A DNA stretch of 64,000 nt, taken from NCBI GenBank assembly GCA_963666485.2, contig CAXXUO010000002.1, positions 416,001-480,000 on the forward strand. The letters run 5' to 3'. Shown piece after piece: positions 23,027 to 32,391 of this stretch. Made by a program: the position numbers and the translations under genes. The stretch's first letter is position 1. Every line of letters begins with the position of its first letter. Origin of the DNA: Syntrophorhabdaceae bacterium. Lineage in GTDB: Bacteria; Desulfobacterota; Syntrophorhabdia; Syntrophorhabdales; Syntrophorhabdaceae. The notes under the pieces were generated by a model. It did not search any database. It worked only from the letters and a program-made list of their open reading frames with translations, and was not told the origin of the DNA.

Positions 23027-24017
23027 TATGTATTATGACAAAGATGCTGATCTGAAAGTGTTCAAGGATCGCAAGATTGCCATAGTCGGGTACGGAAGCC
23101 AGGGACATGCCCAGGCACAGAACCTGCGCGACAGCGGGGTGGATGTCATCGTTGCGGAGCTGGAAGGGACACCCAATTACAAGCTCGCCGTTAAACACGG
23201 CTTCAAGCCGGTTAGCGCAGCCAAGGCAGCCAAGGATGCGGACGTGATCCAGATACTGGCACAGGACAATCTCCAGGCGGAACTTTACAAGAGTGAGATC
23301 AAGGGCGGATTGAAAAAAGGGAAGACCCTTGTCTTCTCCCATGGCTTCAACATTCACTACAACCAGATCGTGCCCCCGGCGGATGTTGACGTCGTTATGA
23401 TCGCGCCGAAAGGCCCCGGCCACCTCGTACGCCGGGAATTCGAGCGCGGCGCCGGCGTGCCCTCCCTCATTGCCATCTACCAGAACTACACCAAGAAAGC
23501 CAAGCAGACCGCACTGGCCTATGCGAAAGGCATTGGTGCCACCCGCGCCGGGGTTATCGAAACATCATTTGAGGAAGAGACGGAGACGGACCTCTTCGGC
23601 GAGCAGGCAGTCCTTTGCGGAGGCGCATCCGAACTGGTCCGCGCCGGTTTTGACACCCTCGTCGAGGCGGGCTACCAGCCGGAAATAGCTTACTTCGAAT
23701 GTCTCCACGAACTGAAGCTCATCGTCGACCTCATGTACGAGGGCGGCATCTCCTACATGAGATATTCTATCAGTGACACGGCCGAATACGGCGACATGAC
23801 GCGCGGAAGGCGCGTCATCAACGAGGAGACCCGGGAAGAGATGCGGGTGATCCTCGACGAGATACAGTCCGGGGAATTTGCCCGGGAATGGATCCTCGAG
23901 AACATGGCCGGAAGGCCCGTTTACAATGCCGTGAAAAGGATCGACGGAGAACACCTTATCGAACAGGTGGGAAAGAAACTTCGCTCGATGATGGGTTGGA
24001 TCGGGAGAAAAGATTGA
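23019..24017 (+). CDS. ilvC: Ketol-acid reductoisomerase
   Basis: [31 protein letters not shown]. Confidence 0.98.
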   Translation: MANMYYDKDADLKVFKDRKIAIVGYGSQGHAQAQNLRDSGVDVIVAELEGTPNYKLAVKHGFKPVSAAKAAKDADVIQILAQDNLQAELYKSEIKGGLKKGKTLVFSHGFNIHYNQIVPPADVDVVMIAPKGPGHLVRREFERGAGVPSLIAIYQNYTKKAKQTALAYAKGIGATRAGVIETSFEEETETDLFGEQAVLCGGASELVRAGFDTLVEAGYQPEIAYFECLHELKLIVDLMYEGGISYMRYSISDTAEYGDMTRGRRVINEETREEMRVILDEIQSGEFAREWILENMAGRPVYNAVKRIDGEHLIEQVGKKLRSMMGWIGRKD

Positions 24018-24658
24018 AAGAGCCGTTTATTGCAAGGGAGGGACTGAGGATCATAGTCCCTTCCCTTGTTCTAACTGCGGTCCTGATAATCGGAAATTTT
24101 TATTATATCTCGATCTTCGTCTTCTGTTTTGCACTCTTTTGCCTCTACTTTTTTCGCAATCCACGCCGTCACCCGGGTGCGGACGATAATTCCCTGATCT
24201 CTCCGGCGGACGGAAAGGTCCTCGACATAAGCGAGATACATGAACCGGAATTCTTCGGCACGGACGTGATGCGGATCGCGATCTTCATGTCACCGGCGGA
24301 CGTACATGTCAACCGGGCACCTTGCGCGGGCCGGGTCATGGCCATGAAGCACGTTGCCGGTAAGTTCGCCATGGCGTTCGGCAAAGACGTTGAGATCAAG
24401 AACGAGAAGAATTATATTCTTTTCGAAAATGAGGGGGAGCGGATACTTATTGTCCAGATAGCGGGGTTTATCGCACGCCGTATCATTCCCTACGTCAGGG
24501 TCGATCAGCGTGTCGATCGCGGCCAGGCGGTCGGCATGATCGCCTTCGGTTCGCGGGTGGACATTTATTTTCACAAAGGCTACGAACCTGTGGTAGACTT
24601 ACACGCAAGGGTTAAGGCTGGTAAGACCATCCTTGCGCGTAAGAAGGAGGTACGATGA
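24014..24658 (+). CDS. psd: Phosphatidylserine decarboxylase proenzyme
   Basis: [32 protein letters not shown] cleavage motif. Confidence 0.93.
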   Translation: MKEPFIAREGLRIIVPSLVLTAVLIIGNFYYISIFVFCFALFCLYFFRNPRRHPGADDNSLISPADGKVLDISEIHEPEFFGTDVMRIAIFMSPADVHVNRAPCAGRVMAMKHVAGKFAMAFGKDVEIKNEKNYILFENEGERILIVQIAGFIARRIIPYVRVDQRVDRGQAVGMIAFGSRVDIYFHKGYEPVVDLHARVKAGKTILARKKEVR

Positions 24659-25446
24659 ATGATATGAAACGGAAAAAAGGCAAACCGAGAAAGGGAATGT
24701 ACCTGCTGCCGAATTTCCTGACATCTTTGAGCCTTCTCTCCGGCTTTTACGCCATCATCGCATCCATGGACAGGCGTTTCACCTATGCAGCGATCGCTAT
24801 TTTCGTTTCCGCTATATTTGACATGCTCGATGGCCGCGTTGCCCGTATGACCAATTCTTCGAGCCGTTTCGGTGTCGAGTATGATTCGCTTTCCGATGTT
24901 ATCGCCTTCGGTGTTGCCCCTGCCGTCCTTGCGTATACGTGGGCATTGAAAAGCTACGGCAAGTTCGGCTGGCTCGCGGCCTTCCTCTTCGTTGCCTGCG
25001 GTGCATTAAGGCTCGCGAGGTTCAATATACAGGTCGACACGGTCCAGAAGAAACATTTCCTCGGCCTGCCGATACCGGCCGGAGCGACCACCATTGCAGG
25101 CATCGTCCTGTTCGCATCATGGATGGGGTACGGCATTGGCGGACTTAAAACGATCGTTATGCCGATCGTCATCTACTGCCTGGCCCTCCTCATGGTCAGC
25201 AAGTTCCACTACATAAGCTTCAAGGATATGGGCTTTTTGAGGGCGCGGCCGTTCATGTCGACCGTAGGCGTCATCGTCGGCCTCGTTATTATTCTCACCG
25301 AGTATCAGATAAGCCTTTTCATTGCAACGTCGGCGTATGCCATATCAGGACCTATTTTTACCCTGATACACCATTTCCGGAAAGAACCTGCCGAGGACGC
25401 TATCCGTCCGAGAGAAAATCAAGCAGGGCCAGGTGGTCGTCAATAA
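24655..25446 (+). CDS. pssA: CDP-diacylglycerol--serine O-phosphatidyltransferase
   Basis: DMLDGRVAR...FGVEYDSLSD, ALRLARFN. Confidence 0.95.
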   Translation: MNDMKRKKGKPRKGMYLLPNFLTSLSLLSGFYAIIASMDRRFTYAAIAIFVSAIFDMLDGRVARMTNSSSRFGVEYDSLSDVIAFGVAPAVLAYTWALKSYGKFGWLAAFLFVACGALRLARFNIQVDTVQKKHFLGLPIPAGATTIAGIVLFASWMGYGIGGLKTIVMPIVIYCLALLMVSKFHYISFKDMGFLRARPFMSTVGVIVGLVIILTEYQISLFIATSAYAISGPIFTLIHHFRKEPAEDAIRPRENQAGPGGRQ

Positions 25447-26089
25447 CGGCGTCTGCCGGCATTGACCTGCTCTTGTAGGCTATGAATCTTACGCCCGCTG
25501 ACCGGGCCGTACCCATGTCTACCTCGGAATCACCAATATAGAGGACCGTTTCGGGTCTAACACCCAGGGCCTGCACTATCTTGTGGACGCCATCGGGATC
25601 GGGTTTCGACCGTGCCTGCACTATCTCCCCCTCGTCCGGCTCTTCCCAGTCACGCTTTACCTGGTGCTCAGCCGTCACTACGATATCAAACAGGCCCCAC
25701 AGATCATACCGTGTCATGATATGTCTCATGGACGTCGTCCGGTTGGTGCTGATCGCCGTATGGATGCCCCTTTGCTTCAGGATGCCGAGCGTTTCCTTAA
25801 TATTGGGTTCCATCTCGAGATAAACGATGAAATCCCTGAAATCGATGTGTTCCCTGAAGAACCGGACGCCTTTTTCCTCGGCAGCGGCATCACCACGAAA
25901 TATATGGGCGATCGATTCAAAGACGGTATGGGTATGGCAATACCTGAGTTCATCCTCGTCAAGAGGAAGCCTCCCGCCGCCTTCCGCTATGGTATTATAG
26001 AGACGCCGGTTGGCGTCAAAAGAGTCGAAGAGAACTCCGTCGCAGTCGTAAATAACACATTCAATATTCCATTTTTCACGTGGTCCCAT
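25400..26089 (-). CDS. HAD-family hydrolase (phosphoglycolate phosphatase-like)
   Basis: DCDGVLFDS, STNR, KPDP, YIGDSEVD. Confidence 0.9.
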   Translation of the reverse strand: MGPREKWNIECVIYDCDGVLFDSFDANRRLYNTIAEGGGRLPLDEDELRYCHTHTVFESIAHIFRGDAAAEEKGVRFFREHIDFRDFIVYLEMEPNIKETLGILKQRGIHTAISTNRTTSMRHIMTRYDLWGLFDIVVTAEHQVKRDWEEPDEGEIVQARSKPDPDGVHKIVQALGVRPETVLYIGDSEVDMGTARSAGVRFIAYKSRSMPADAVIDDHLALLDFLSDG

Positions 26090-26258
26090 CTTTCCATTCT
26101 CCCGGTACTACATTTTCGAACACCTTGCTTTTAAACTGTAAGTTGCAAAAAATCAAGAGAAAATCAGTTAGGAATATCCCATAAAGACGCAAAATAATAG
26201 TTCTAATTGCATCAATATATGTTACAATTGTATGCGAAAGACTACCAAGGAGGCGATT

Positions 26259-26729
26259 ATGATAAGTGTTTCCGTTCCCGGATGGGGAGACCTCGATATC
26301 GAGTATCTCGTCATCGACTATAACGGGACCTGCGCATTTGACGGCAAGATGAAAGAAAGCGTTAAGGAGATGCTCGAAAGGGTGTCCCGCTATATAAAGG
26401 TATTCATCATCACATCCGATACATATGGGAACATAGACAGTGAAGGCAACACCATTGGTTTCAGTATAATAAAAGTTGGAAAAGAATCGAGCGCCCAGGA
26501 AAAAGCCAAGATAATCAGGGAGCTGGGACCCGAAAAGATAGTTGCGATCGGGAACGGATCAAATGACGTGCTCATGCTGAAAGAGGCCTCACTCGGGATC
26601 GGGGTCATCGGCGAGGAAGGCTGTTCAAAGGACCTGCTTAAAGAATCCGACTTTTTTGTAAAGGATGTCAACGACGCATTGAGCATACTCCTTCACCCCG
26701 AAAGGATCGTCGCAACATTAAGAGATTAA
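26259..26729 (+). CDS. HAD hydrolase, soluble P-type ATPase-like
   Basis: DYNGT.AFDG, TSDTYG, IGNGSND, ATLR. Confidence 0.88.
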   Translation: MISVSVPGWGDLDIEYLVIDYNGTCAFDGKMKESVKEMLERVSRYIKVFIITSDTYGNIDSEGNTIGFSIIKVGKESSAQEKAKIIRELGPEKIVAIGNGSNDVLMLKEASLGIGVIGEEGCSKDLLKESDFFVKDVNDALSILLHPERIVATLRD

Positions 26730-26816
26730 TCAAGAATTCCGGGAAAAATCTGCCAGCTCAGGAAAGCCTTTTAGGAATGACCTGAGCTTTAGGTTTTTTG
26801 CCGAAGGTAGTGACGC

Positions 26817-29432
26817 ATGATCGGAAATTTAATCAAGAAAATAGTAGGAACAAAAAATGAACGTGAGCTCAAGCGGATCCAGCCTCTTGTAGAAAGGACC
26901 AGTGAGCTCGAAGATAAAATGAAGTCCTTGAGCGACGATGAGCTCAAGGCCATGACACCTTTGTTCAAACAGAGAATTGCAGACGGGGAAGAGCTTGACT
27001 CGCTTCTGCCCGAGGCGTTTGCCGTTGCACGCGAAGCTGCCTGGCGTACGATCGGGATGCGCCATTTCGACGTCCAGCTGATTGGCGGGATCGTCCTCCA
27101 TGAAGGCAAGATCGCCGAAATGGCAACCGGTGAAGGAAAGACCCTGGTGGCCACCCTGCCGGTGTATCTCAACGCCCTGACAGGTCGCGGCGTTCATGTC
27201 GTGACCGTAAACGACTACCTGGCCAAAAGGGATGCCGAATGGATGGGCCCGGTCTATAAATTCCTCGGGCTTTCCGTCGGGGTCATTCTCCACGACCTTG
27301 ATGATCACGAGCGTCGCCAGTCATACGGATGCGATGTGACCTACGGTACGAACAATGAGTTCGGTTTCGATTACCTGCGCGACAATATGCATTACGATAT
27401 CGAGGATTGCGTTCAGCGGGAGTTCAATTACGCTATCGTAGACGAGGTCGACAGCATATTGATCGATGAGGCGCGGACCCCCCTTATAATTTCCGGGCCG
27501 GCCGAAGAATCTACCGATAAGTACTATAAGATCAACAAGCTGATACCCCAGCTCAAGAAAGACCAGGACTTCAAGATAGACGAAAAAGCCCGTAGCGCCT
27601 ACCTTACTGAAGAAGGTGTGGCACGGCTTGAGAAGATGCTTAATATCGACAACCTCTACGATCCGAAATACGTCGATTTTCTCCACCACATCAACCAGGC
27701 CCTGCGCGCCCATCAACTCTTTGCGCGGGACGTTGATTATATCGTCAAGGATGGCCAGGTCATCATCGTCGACGAATTCACGGGCCGGCTGATGCCGGGG
27801 AGGCGCTACAGTGAAGGCCTGCACCAGGCCCTCGAAGCGAAGGAGAACGTGAAGATAGAGCGGGAGAACCAGACGCTCGCCACCGTCACGTTTCAGAATT
27901 ACTTCCGGATGTATAAGAAACTTGCCGGCATGACAGGCACGGCTGATACCGAGGCGGTCGAGTTCAAGAAGATCTACAACCTCGACGTCCTCGTCATCCC
28001 GACCAACAGGCCGCTCATCCGCACCAATTTTGCCGATGTTGTGTACAGGACCGAGAAAGAAAAATTCCGTGCTGCCATAAAGGAAATAGAAGAACTGCAC
28101 AAAGCGGGCAAACCCGTCCTCGTCGGTACCCTTTCCATTGAAAAATCGGAACGGGTCTCCGAGATGCTCAAGCGGAAAGGTATCCCCCACAATGTCCTTA
28201 ACGCCAAGAATCACGAAAGAGAGGCCGAGGTCGTAGCCCAGGCAGGGCGTTCCAAGGCGGTCACGATATCGACGAACATGGCAGGCCGCGGTACCGACAT
28301 ACTCCTCGGCGGCAACCCGGGGTTTCTCGCTCTCGCTATGAACAAGGGAGAGAAGGACACCCCCGAATATGAGAAGGTCCTCGAAAAGGCAAAAACCATA
28401 TGTGCCGCGGATAAGGAAGAGGTGATCAGGCTCGGCGGACTGCACATCCTGGGAACGGAGCGCCATGAATCCCGCCGTATCGACAACCAGCTCCGGGGCC
28501 GTTCAGGGCGCCAGGGAGACCCGGGGTCCTCGCGGTTTTATGTATCCCTCGAAGACGAGATCATGCGCCTGTTCGGGTCGGAGAAGGTGTCCCCTATCCT
28601 CGGAAAGCTCGGTATGGACGAAGACACGCCTATCGAGCACCCTTTCATCACGAAGGCCATAGAGAACGCGCAGACACGCGTTGAGGGCCATAACTTCGAG
28701 ATCAGGAAATACCTTCTTGAATACGACAACGTTATGAACAAGCAGCGCGAGACGATATACGGTATGCGCCGTGAGGTCATGAAAAACGGGGATGTCCACG
28801 AAAAGGTCATGGAAATGGTCGAAGAGATCTGCGAGGACATCGTTTTTACATGCGCACCGGAAAAGGTCTACCCGGAAGAATGGGACCTCGAGACCCTCAA
28901 GATGAGGATCTATGAAAATTTCCTGATCCACCTGGATTTCCCTCTCGAGGAAATGAAGAACCTCACGCGGGAAGGTCTGCTCGACCGCGTCATTGAAATA
29001 GTCAACTCGTTCTACGAAAAGAAATCCCGGGATTTTGGCGCAGACGAAATGCAGGCCGTAGAACGCTTCATCGTTCTCAATTCCATCGACACATTCTGGA
29101 AAGAGCATCTTCTTTCCCTCGATCATCTCAAGGAAGGGATAGGTCTCCGCGGATACGGGCAGAAAGACCCGCTGCGCGAATATCAGCGGGAAAGCTTCGA
29201 GCTTTTCCTCGACATGGTCGACAGGGCCAAGTACGATACTGTCCGAAAGGTCTTTGCCGTCCAGCCGGCACGGAATGAAGAAATCGAATACCATGAACCC
29301 GTCATGTTCTTCAATGCGGGCGACGGCGGGCCCTCGCCCGACACGTCGGATAAGAAGGAAAAGAAGGTAGGGCGCAACGACCCCTGCCCCTGCGGCAGCG
29401 GGAAGAAATACAAAAAGTGCTGTGGACGGTAA
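26817..29432 (+). CDS. secA: Preprotein translocase SecA
   Basis: [23 protein letters not shown]-terminal [22 protein letters not shown]. Confidence 0.99.
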   Translation: MIGNLIKKIVGTKNERELKRIQPLVERTSELEDKMKSLSDDELKAMTPLFKQRIADGEELDSLLPEAFAVAREAAWRTIGMRHFDVQLIGGIVLHEGKIAEMATGEGKTLVATLPVYLNALTGRGVHVVTVNDYLAKRDAEWMGPVYKFLGLSVGVILHDLDDHERRQSYGCDVTYGTNNEFGFDYLRDNMHYDIEDCVQREFNYAIVDEVDSILIDEARTPLIISGPAEESTDKYYKINKLIPQLKKDQDFKIDEKARSAYLTEEGVARLEKMLNIDNLYDPKYVDFLHHINQALRAHQLFARDVDYIVKDGQVIIVDEFTGRLMPGRRYSEGLHQALEAKENVKIERENQTLATVTFQNYFRMYKKLAGMTGTADTEAVEFKKIYNLDVLVIPTNRPLIRTNFADVVYRTEKEKFRAAIKEIEELHKAGKPVLVGTLSIEKSERVSEMLKRKGIPHNVLNAKNHEREAEVVAQAGRSKAVTISTNMAGRGTDILLGGNPGFLALAMNKGEKDTPEYEKVLEKAKTICAADKEEVIRLGGLHILGTERHESRRIDNQLRGRSGRQGDPGSSRFYVSLEDEIMRLFGSEKVSPILGKLGMDEDTPIEHPFITKAIENAQTRVEGHNFEIRKYLLEYDNVMNKQRETIYGMRREVMKNGDVHEKVMEMVEEICEDIVFTCAPEKVYPEEWDLETLKMRIYENFLIHLDFPLEEMKNLTREGLLDRVIEIVNSFYEKKSRDFGADEMQAVERFIVLNSIDTFWKEHLLSLDHLKEGIGLRGYGQKDPLREYQRESFELFLDMVDRAKYDTVRKVFAVQPARNEEIEYHEPVMFFNAGDGGPSPDTSDKKEKKVGRNDPCPCGSGKKYKKCCGR

Positions 29433-29438
29433 AAGCGA

Positions 29439-29468
29439 TTCAAGATTCAAAGTTCAAGGTTCAACGTT
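29439..29468 (+). repeat. Heptamer array (TTCAANG-like)
   Basis: ttcaaga ttcaaag ttcaagg ttcaacg after the secA stop. Confidence 0.75.
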
Positions 29469-29496
29469 AGAAAACGCCCGTATTAAGGCCGGTCCC

Positions 29497-29528
29497 CGTC
29501 ATCCCGGTGCTTGACACCGGGATCCAAG
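29497..29528. repeat. REP-like palindromic element, copy 2
   Basis: CGTCATCCCGGTGCTTGACACCGGGATCCAAG, reverse complement of 8490-8521. Confidence 0.85.
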
Positions 29529-29565
29529 GTTTTGTTTTTTAATTTCTTGAGTCTGATTTCGAGGT

Positions 29566-30732
29566 TTGAAAATGGCAAAACATACGATCAAAGGTATTGA
29601 ATTTTCAGGAATTGCGTCCGGTATAAAGCCGCAGGGCCTCGACCTTGGCCTCGTCGTGTTCCGCGAACCTGTGAACGTCGTGTCGGCCTACACGCGAAAC
29701 CAGGTCAAGGCTGCGCATATCCTGTATGACAGGACGGCCGAGAAAAAACCCGTCAGGGCGCTCGTTGTGAACAGCGGGTGTGCCAATGCATGCACCGGGC
29801 AGGAAGGGATCGACGACCTCGCCGTGATCGCCTCCTCGCTCTCACCGCTCATCAGTGTAAAACCTGGTGAGATACTTTTCGCCTCCACGGGCGTGATTGG
29901 CAAAAGGCTGCCCGTGGACACGATCACGTCCGCCCTCCCCTTGAGTGCCGGGGCCCGGACGGAAGATGGCCTCGATCAATTCGCGCGGGCCATAATGACG
30001 ACCGATACCTACCCGAAGGTAGCCTGGAGGACGATCAAGGGCAAAAAATCGTACACGATTGCCGGCGTTGCCAAGGGATCGGGGATGATCAACCCCTTGT
30101 TCGCAACCATGCTCGCCTTCGTGTTCACGGATTTTCCCGTGTCCCCGGCCATTATCAGGAAATCATTCAAAACAGCTGTCAAAGAGAGTTTCGAACGGAT
30201 AACGGTTGACGGTGAATGCAGCACGAACGACACGGTCCTGCTTTTTACAAGCCGGAAAGGGGAAGACCCTGAGGCTGTCCCGGCTTTTGAGAAAGCCCTC
30301 GGCGAAGTCCTGAAGGACCTCTCCATGATGGTCGTACGCGATGGTGAGGGTGCGACACGCATAGCCCACATCATTGTCCGGGGCGCGAAGAAAAAAGAAT
30401 GGGCGGAGAAGATCGCACGGCGCATAGCATTGTCTCCCCTGACAAAGACTGCCTTCTATGGGTGCGATCCCAATTGGGGACGGATCATAGCTGCTGCCGG
30501 AGACACGGACGTTCCGCTCGATCCGGCAAAGATCGATATTTCGCTGCAGGGGAAAATGGTCGCCCGGGGCGGCGTCGAGATCCCCTTCAACGAGGATAGG
30601 ATGAAGAAACTCATGGACAGGAAGGAAATATCCGTCGTGGTCGATCTTAACCAGGGCAAGGCATCCTACGACATATTCACGACCGACCTGACGTACGATT
30701 ACGTCAAGATAAATGCATCGTATAGAACGTAA
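29566..30732 (+). CDS. argJ: Ornithine acetyltransferase/N-acetylglutamate synthase
   Basis: NSGCANACTG, ASTGVIG, IMTTDT, KGSGMINP..ATML, STND, DLTYDYVKINASYRT. Confidence 0.96.
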   Translation: MKMAKHTIKGIEFSGIASGIKPQGLDLGLVVFREPVNVVSAYTRNQVKAAHILYDRTAEKKPVRALVVNSGCANACTGQEGIDDLAVIASSLSPLISVKPGEILFASTGVIGKRLPVDTITSALPLSAGARTEDGLDQFARAIMTTDTYPKVAWRTIKGKKSYTIAGVAKGSGMINPLFATMLAFVFTDFPVSPAIIRKSFKTAVKESFERITVDGECSTNDTVLLFTSRKGEDPEAVPAFEKALGEVLKDLSMMVVRDGEGATRIAHIIVRGAKKKEWAEKIARRIALSPLTKTAFYGCDPNWGRIIAAAGDTDVPLDPAKIDISLQGKMVARGGVEIPFNEDRMKKLMDRKEISVVVDLNQGKASYDIFTTDLTYDYVKINASYRT

Positions 30733-31000
30733 ACGGCTAACGGCTAACGGCTAACGGCTAACGGCTAACGGCTAACGGCTAACGGCTAACGGCTAACGGC
30801 TAACGGCTAACGGCTAACGGCTAACGGCTAACGGCTAACGGCTAACGGCTAACGGCTAACGGCTAACGGCTAACGGCTAACGGCTAACGGCTAACGGCTA
30901 ACGGCTAACGGCTAACGGCTAACGGCTAACGGCTAACGGCTAACGGCTAACGGCTAACGGCTAACGGCTAACGGCTAACGGCTAACGGCTAACGGCTAAC
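30732..31000 (+). repeat. Perfect tandem array (AACGGCT)x38 + AAC
   Basis: Starts at the last base of the argJ TAA; unit count from coordinates. Confidence 0.97.
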
Positions 31001-31021
31001 AAAGAATAGCGAAGATAGAAG

Positions 31022-31050
31022 AAAAGGCAAGCGGAAATGCTTGCTTTTTT
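31022..31050. terminator. Bidirectional terminator of the repeat cassette (copy 1)
   Basis: AAAAGGCAAGC-GGAAAT-GCTTGCTTTTTT. Confidence 0.85.
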
Positions 31051-31107
31051 AATATTTTTTATCATTTATCGCGTGCCGGGAAACGTTAGGAAGATCCTTT
31101 TCTTTTC

Positions 31108-31130
31108 CCGTTCGCCGTTCGCCGTCAGCC
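31108..31130 (+). repeat. Inverted heptamers (CCGTTCG)n at the end of the convergent gene
   Basis: ccgttcg ccgttcg ccgtcag ccg. Confidence 0.7.
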
Positions 31131-31469
31131 GATCATATCGAGCAATGTCCCGATCATCTCGTCCTGTGTTTTCAGGGCTTTGATGTTTGCCTCATATCCA
31201 CGCTGCGATAGGGACATTTCCGGGATCTCCCGCGCAAGGTCGACGTTGGACAACTCGCGTTGAGAGCCGTCGCTTTCCTCGATGATGGGGCCGGGCGTCT
31301 CGACCGTCTTCGTGTTCAGCCGGGGCAGGCCGTTCTTATCTTCCACAATGGTAGCTCTCGTCTCCTTGAATGCATCCGTGTTGACGTTTGCGACATTGTG
31401 AGCGGACACCGAAAGCTTGCGGCTAAATGCGGCCAGGGCCGATAGCGATGAACTGATTCCTGAGATCAT
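31125..31469 (-). CDS. Small flagellar basal-body rod domain protein (FlgC/FlgE-like N and C termini)
   Basis: SAHNVANVNT..FK and SNVDLAREI......QRGYEAN.K.LKT.DEM.GTLLD. Confidence 0.8.
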   Translation of the reverse strand: MISGISSSLSALAAFSRKLSVSAHNVANVNTDAFKETRATIVEDKNGLPRLNTKTVETPGPIIEESDGSQRELSNVDLAREIPEMSLSQRGYEANIKALKTQDEMIGTLLDMIG

Positions 31470-31542
31470 GCTTACATTATCGGAAAAAGCAAAAAGTCCT
31501 TAAGGAGAATCGTGACTTTTTTTTTGATTTTCGTAAGAAAGT

Positions 31543-31621
31543 TCCTTTCGCCTTTCGCCTTTCGCCTTTCGCCTTTTGCCTTTCGCCTTTCGCCTTGAAC
31601 CTTGAACCTTGAACCTTGAAC
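31543..31621 (+). repeat. Heptamer arrays (GCCTTTC/T)n then (CCTTGAA)n upstream of kdsB
   Basis: Direct reading; units drift along the array. Confidence 0.85.
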
Positions 31622-31654
31622 AACAGCATATCATTCTGTATACTGTCCTTACGC

Positions 31655-32386
31655 ATGAAAAAGCTCATCGTTATCCCTGCGCGCTATGAATCGACGCGGC
31701 TTCCCGGGAAGCCGCTTCTCGAGATATCCGGAAAATCGCTTATCCAGCTTGTGTATGAGAGGGCCAGTGAGTCTCGCCTCAAGGATAGTATTATCATTGC
31801 AACGGATGATGACCGGATAATGGATGCGGCCGGATCTTTCGGCGCAGAGGCCATTATGACAAGCTCATCGTGCAAAAGCGGCACGGACAGGGTATTCGAG
31901 GCTGCAAAAGACAGGGGCGCCGACCTGATAATAAATCTTCAGGGTGATGAGCCCTTCATACGTCCTGATATGATAGACCTTCTCTTCTCGGTCATGGAGA
32001 AGGAATCCCTTGATGTGGCCACCTTGTGTGCACCGGTAACAGGCGAAAATGAATACACCGACCCCAATACCGTGAAGGTCGTACTCGATAAGAGGGGCTT
32101 TGCCCTGTATTTTTCACGGTCCCCTATCCCGTATCTGAGGGACGGCAATTTTAAGCTCATGCTTTATAAACATATCGGGATCTACGGGTTTGCAGGGCAA
32201 TTCCTGAAACGATTCGTGTCACTGAAGAAAAGCCGGCTCGAGGAAGCGGAATCACTTGAGCAGTTGCGCATCCTCGAAAACGGGTACAGGATCAGGGTCC
32301 TTACCACGCACTATGATGGTTTCGGGATAGATACGATGGAGGACCTTGAGCGGGCCCGGCTTGCCCTCGACCTCAAGGTTGTGTAA
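31655..32386 (+). CDS. kdsB: CMP-KDO synthetase
   Basis: IPARYESTRLPGKPL, SGTDR, NLQGDEP, YFSRSPIP, LEQLR.LENG. Confidence 0.96.
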   Translation: MKKLIVIPARYESTRLPGKPLLEISGKSLIQLVYERASESRLKDSIIIATDDDRIMDAAGSFGAEAIMTSSSCKSGTDRVFEAAKDRGADLIINLQGDEPFIRPDMIDLLFSVMEKESLDVATLCAPVTGENEYTDPNTVKVVLDKRGFALYFSRSPIPYLRDGNFKLMLYKHIGIYGFAGQFLKRFVSLKKSRLEEAESLEQLRILENGYRIRVLTTHYDGFGIDTMEDLERARLALDLKVV

Positions 32387-32391
32387 AGCTT

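Noticed and set aside
25400..25446. 47-bp convergent overlap of pssA and the HAD gene
   Set aside because: Short tail-to-tail overlaps are common; no further signal seen.
27321..29450. Long antisense ORFs (also opposite thrC, dnaK, znu and arn genes)
   Set aside because: Typical GC-rich antisense shadows of well-supported genes.
30732..31000. Long (AACGGCT)n arrays as CRISPR
   Set aside because: Pure 7-bp tandem units with no spacers and no cas genes.
31125..31469. Flagellar gene cluster
   Set aside because: A single small rod-domain gene with no other flagellar genes in the window.
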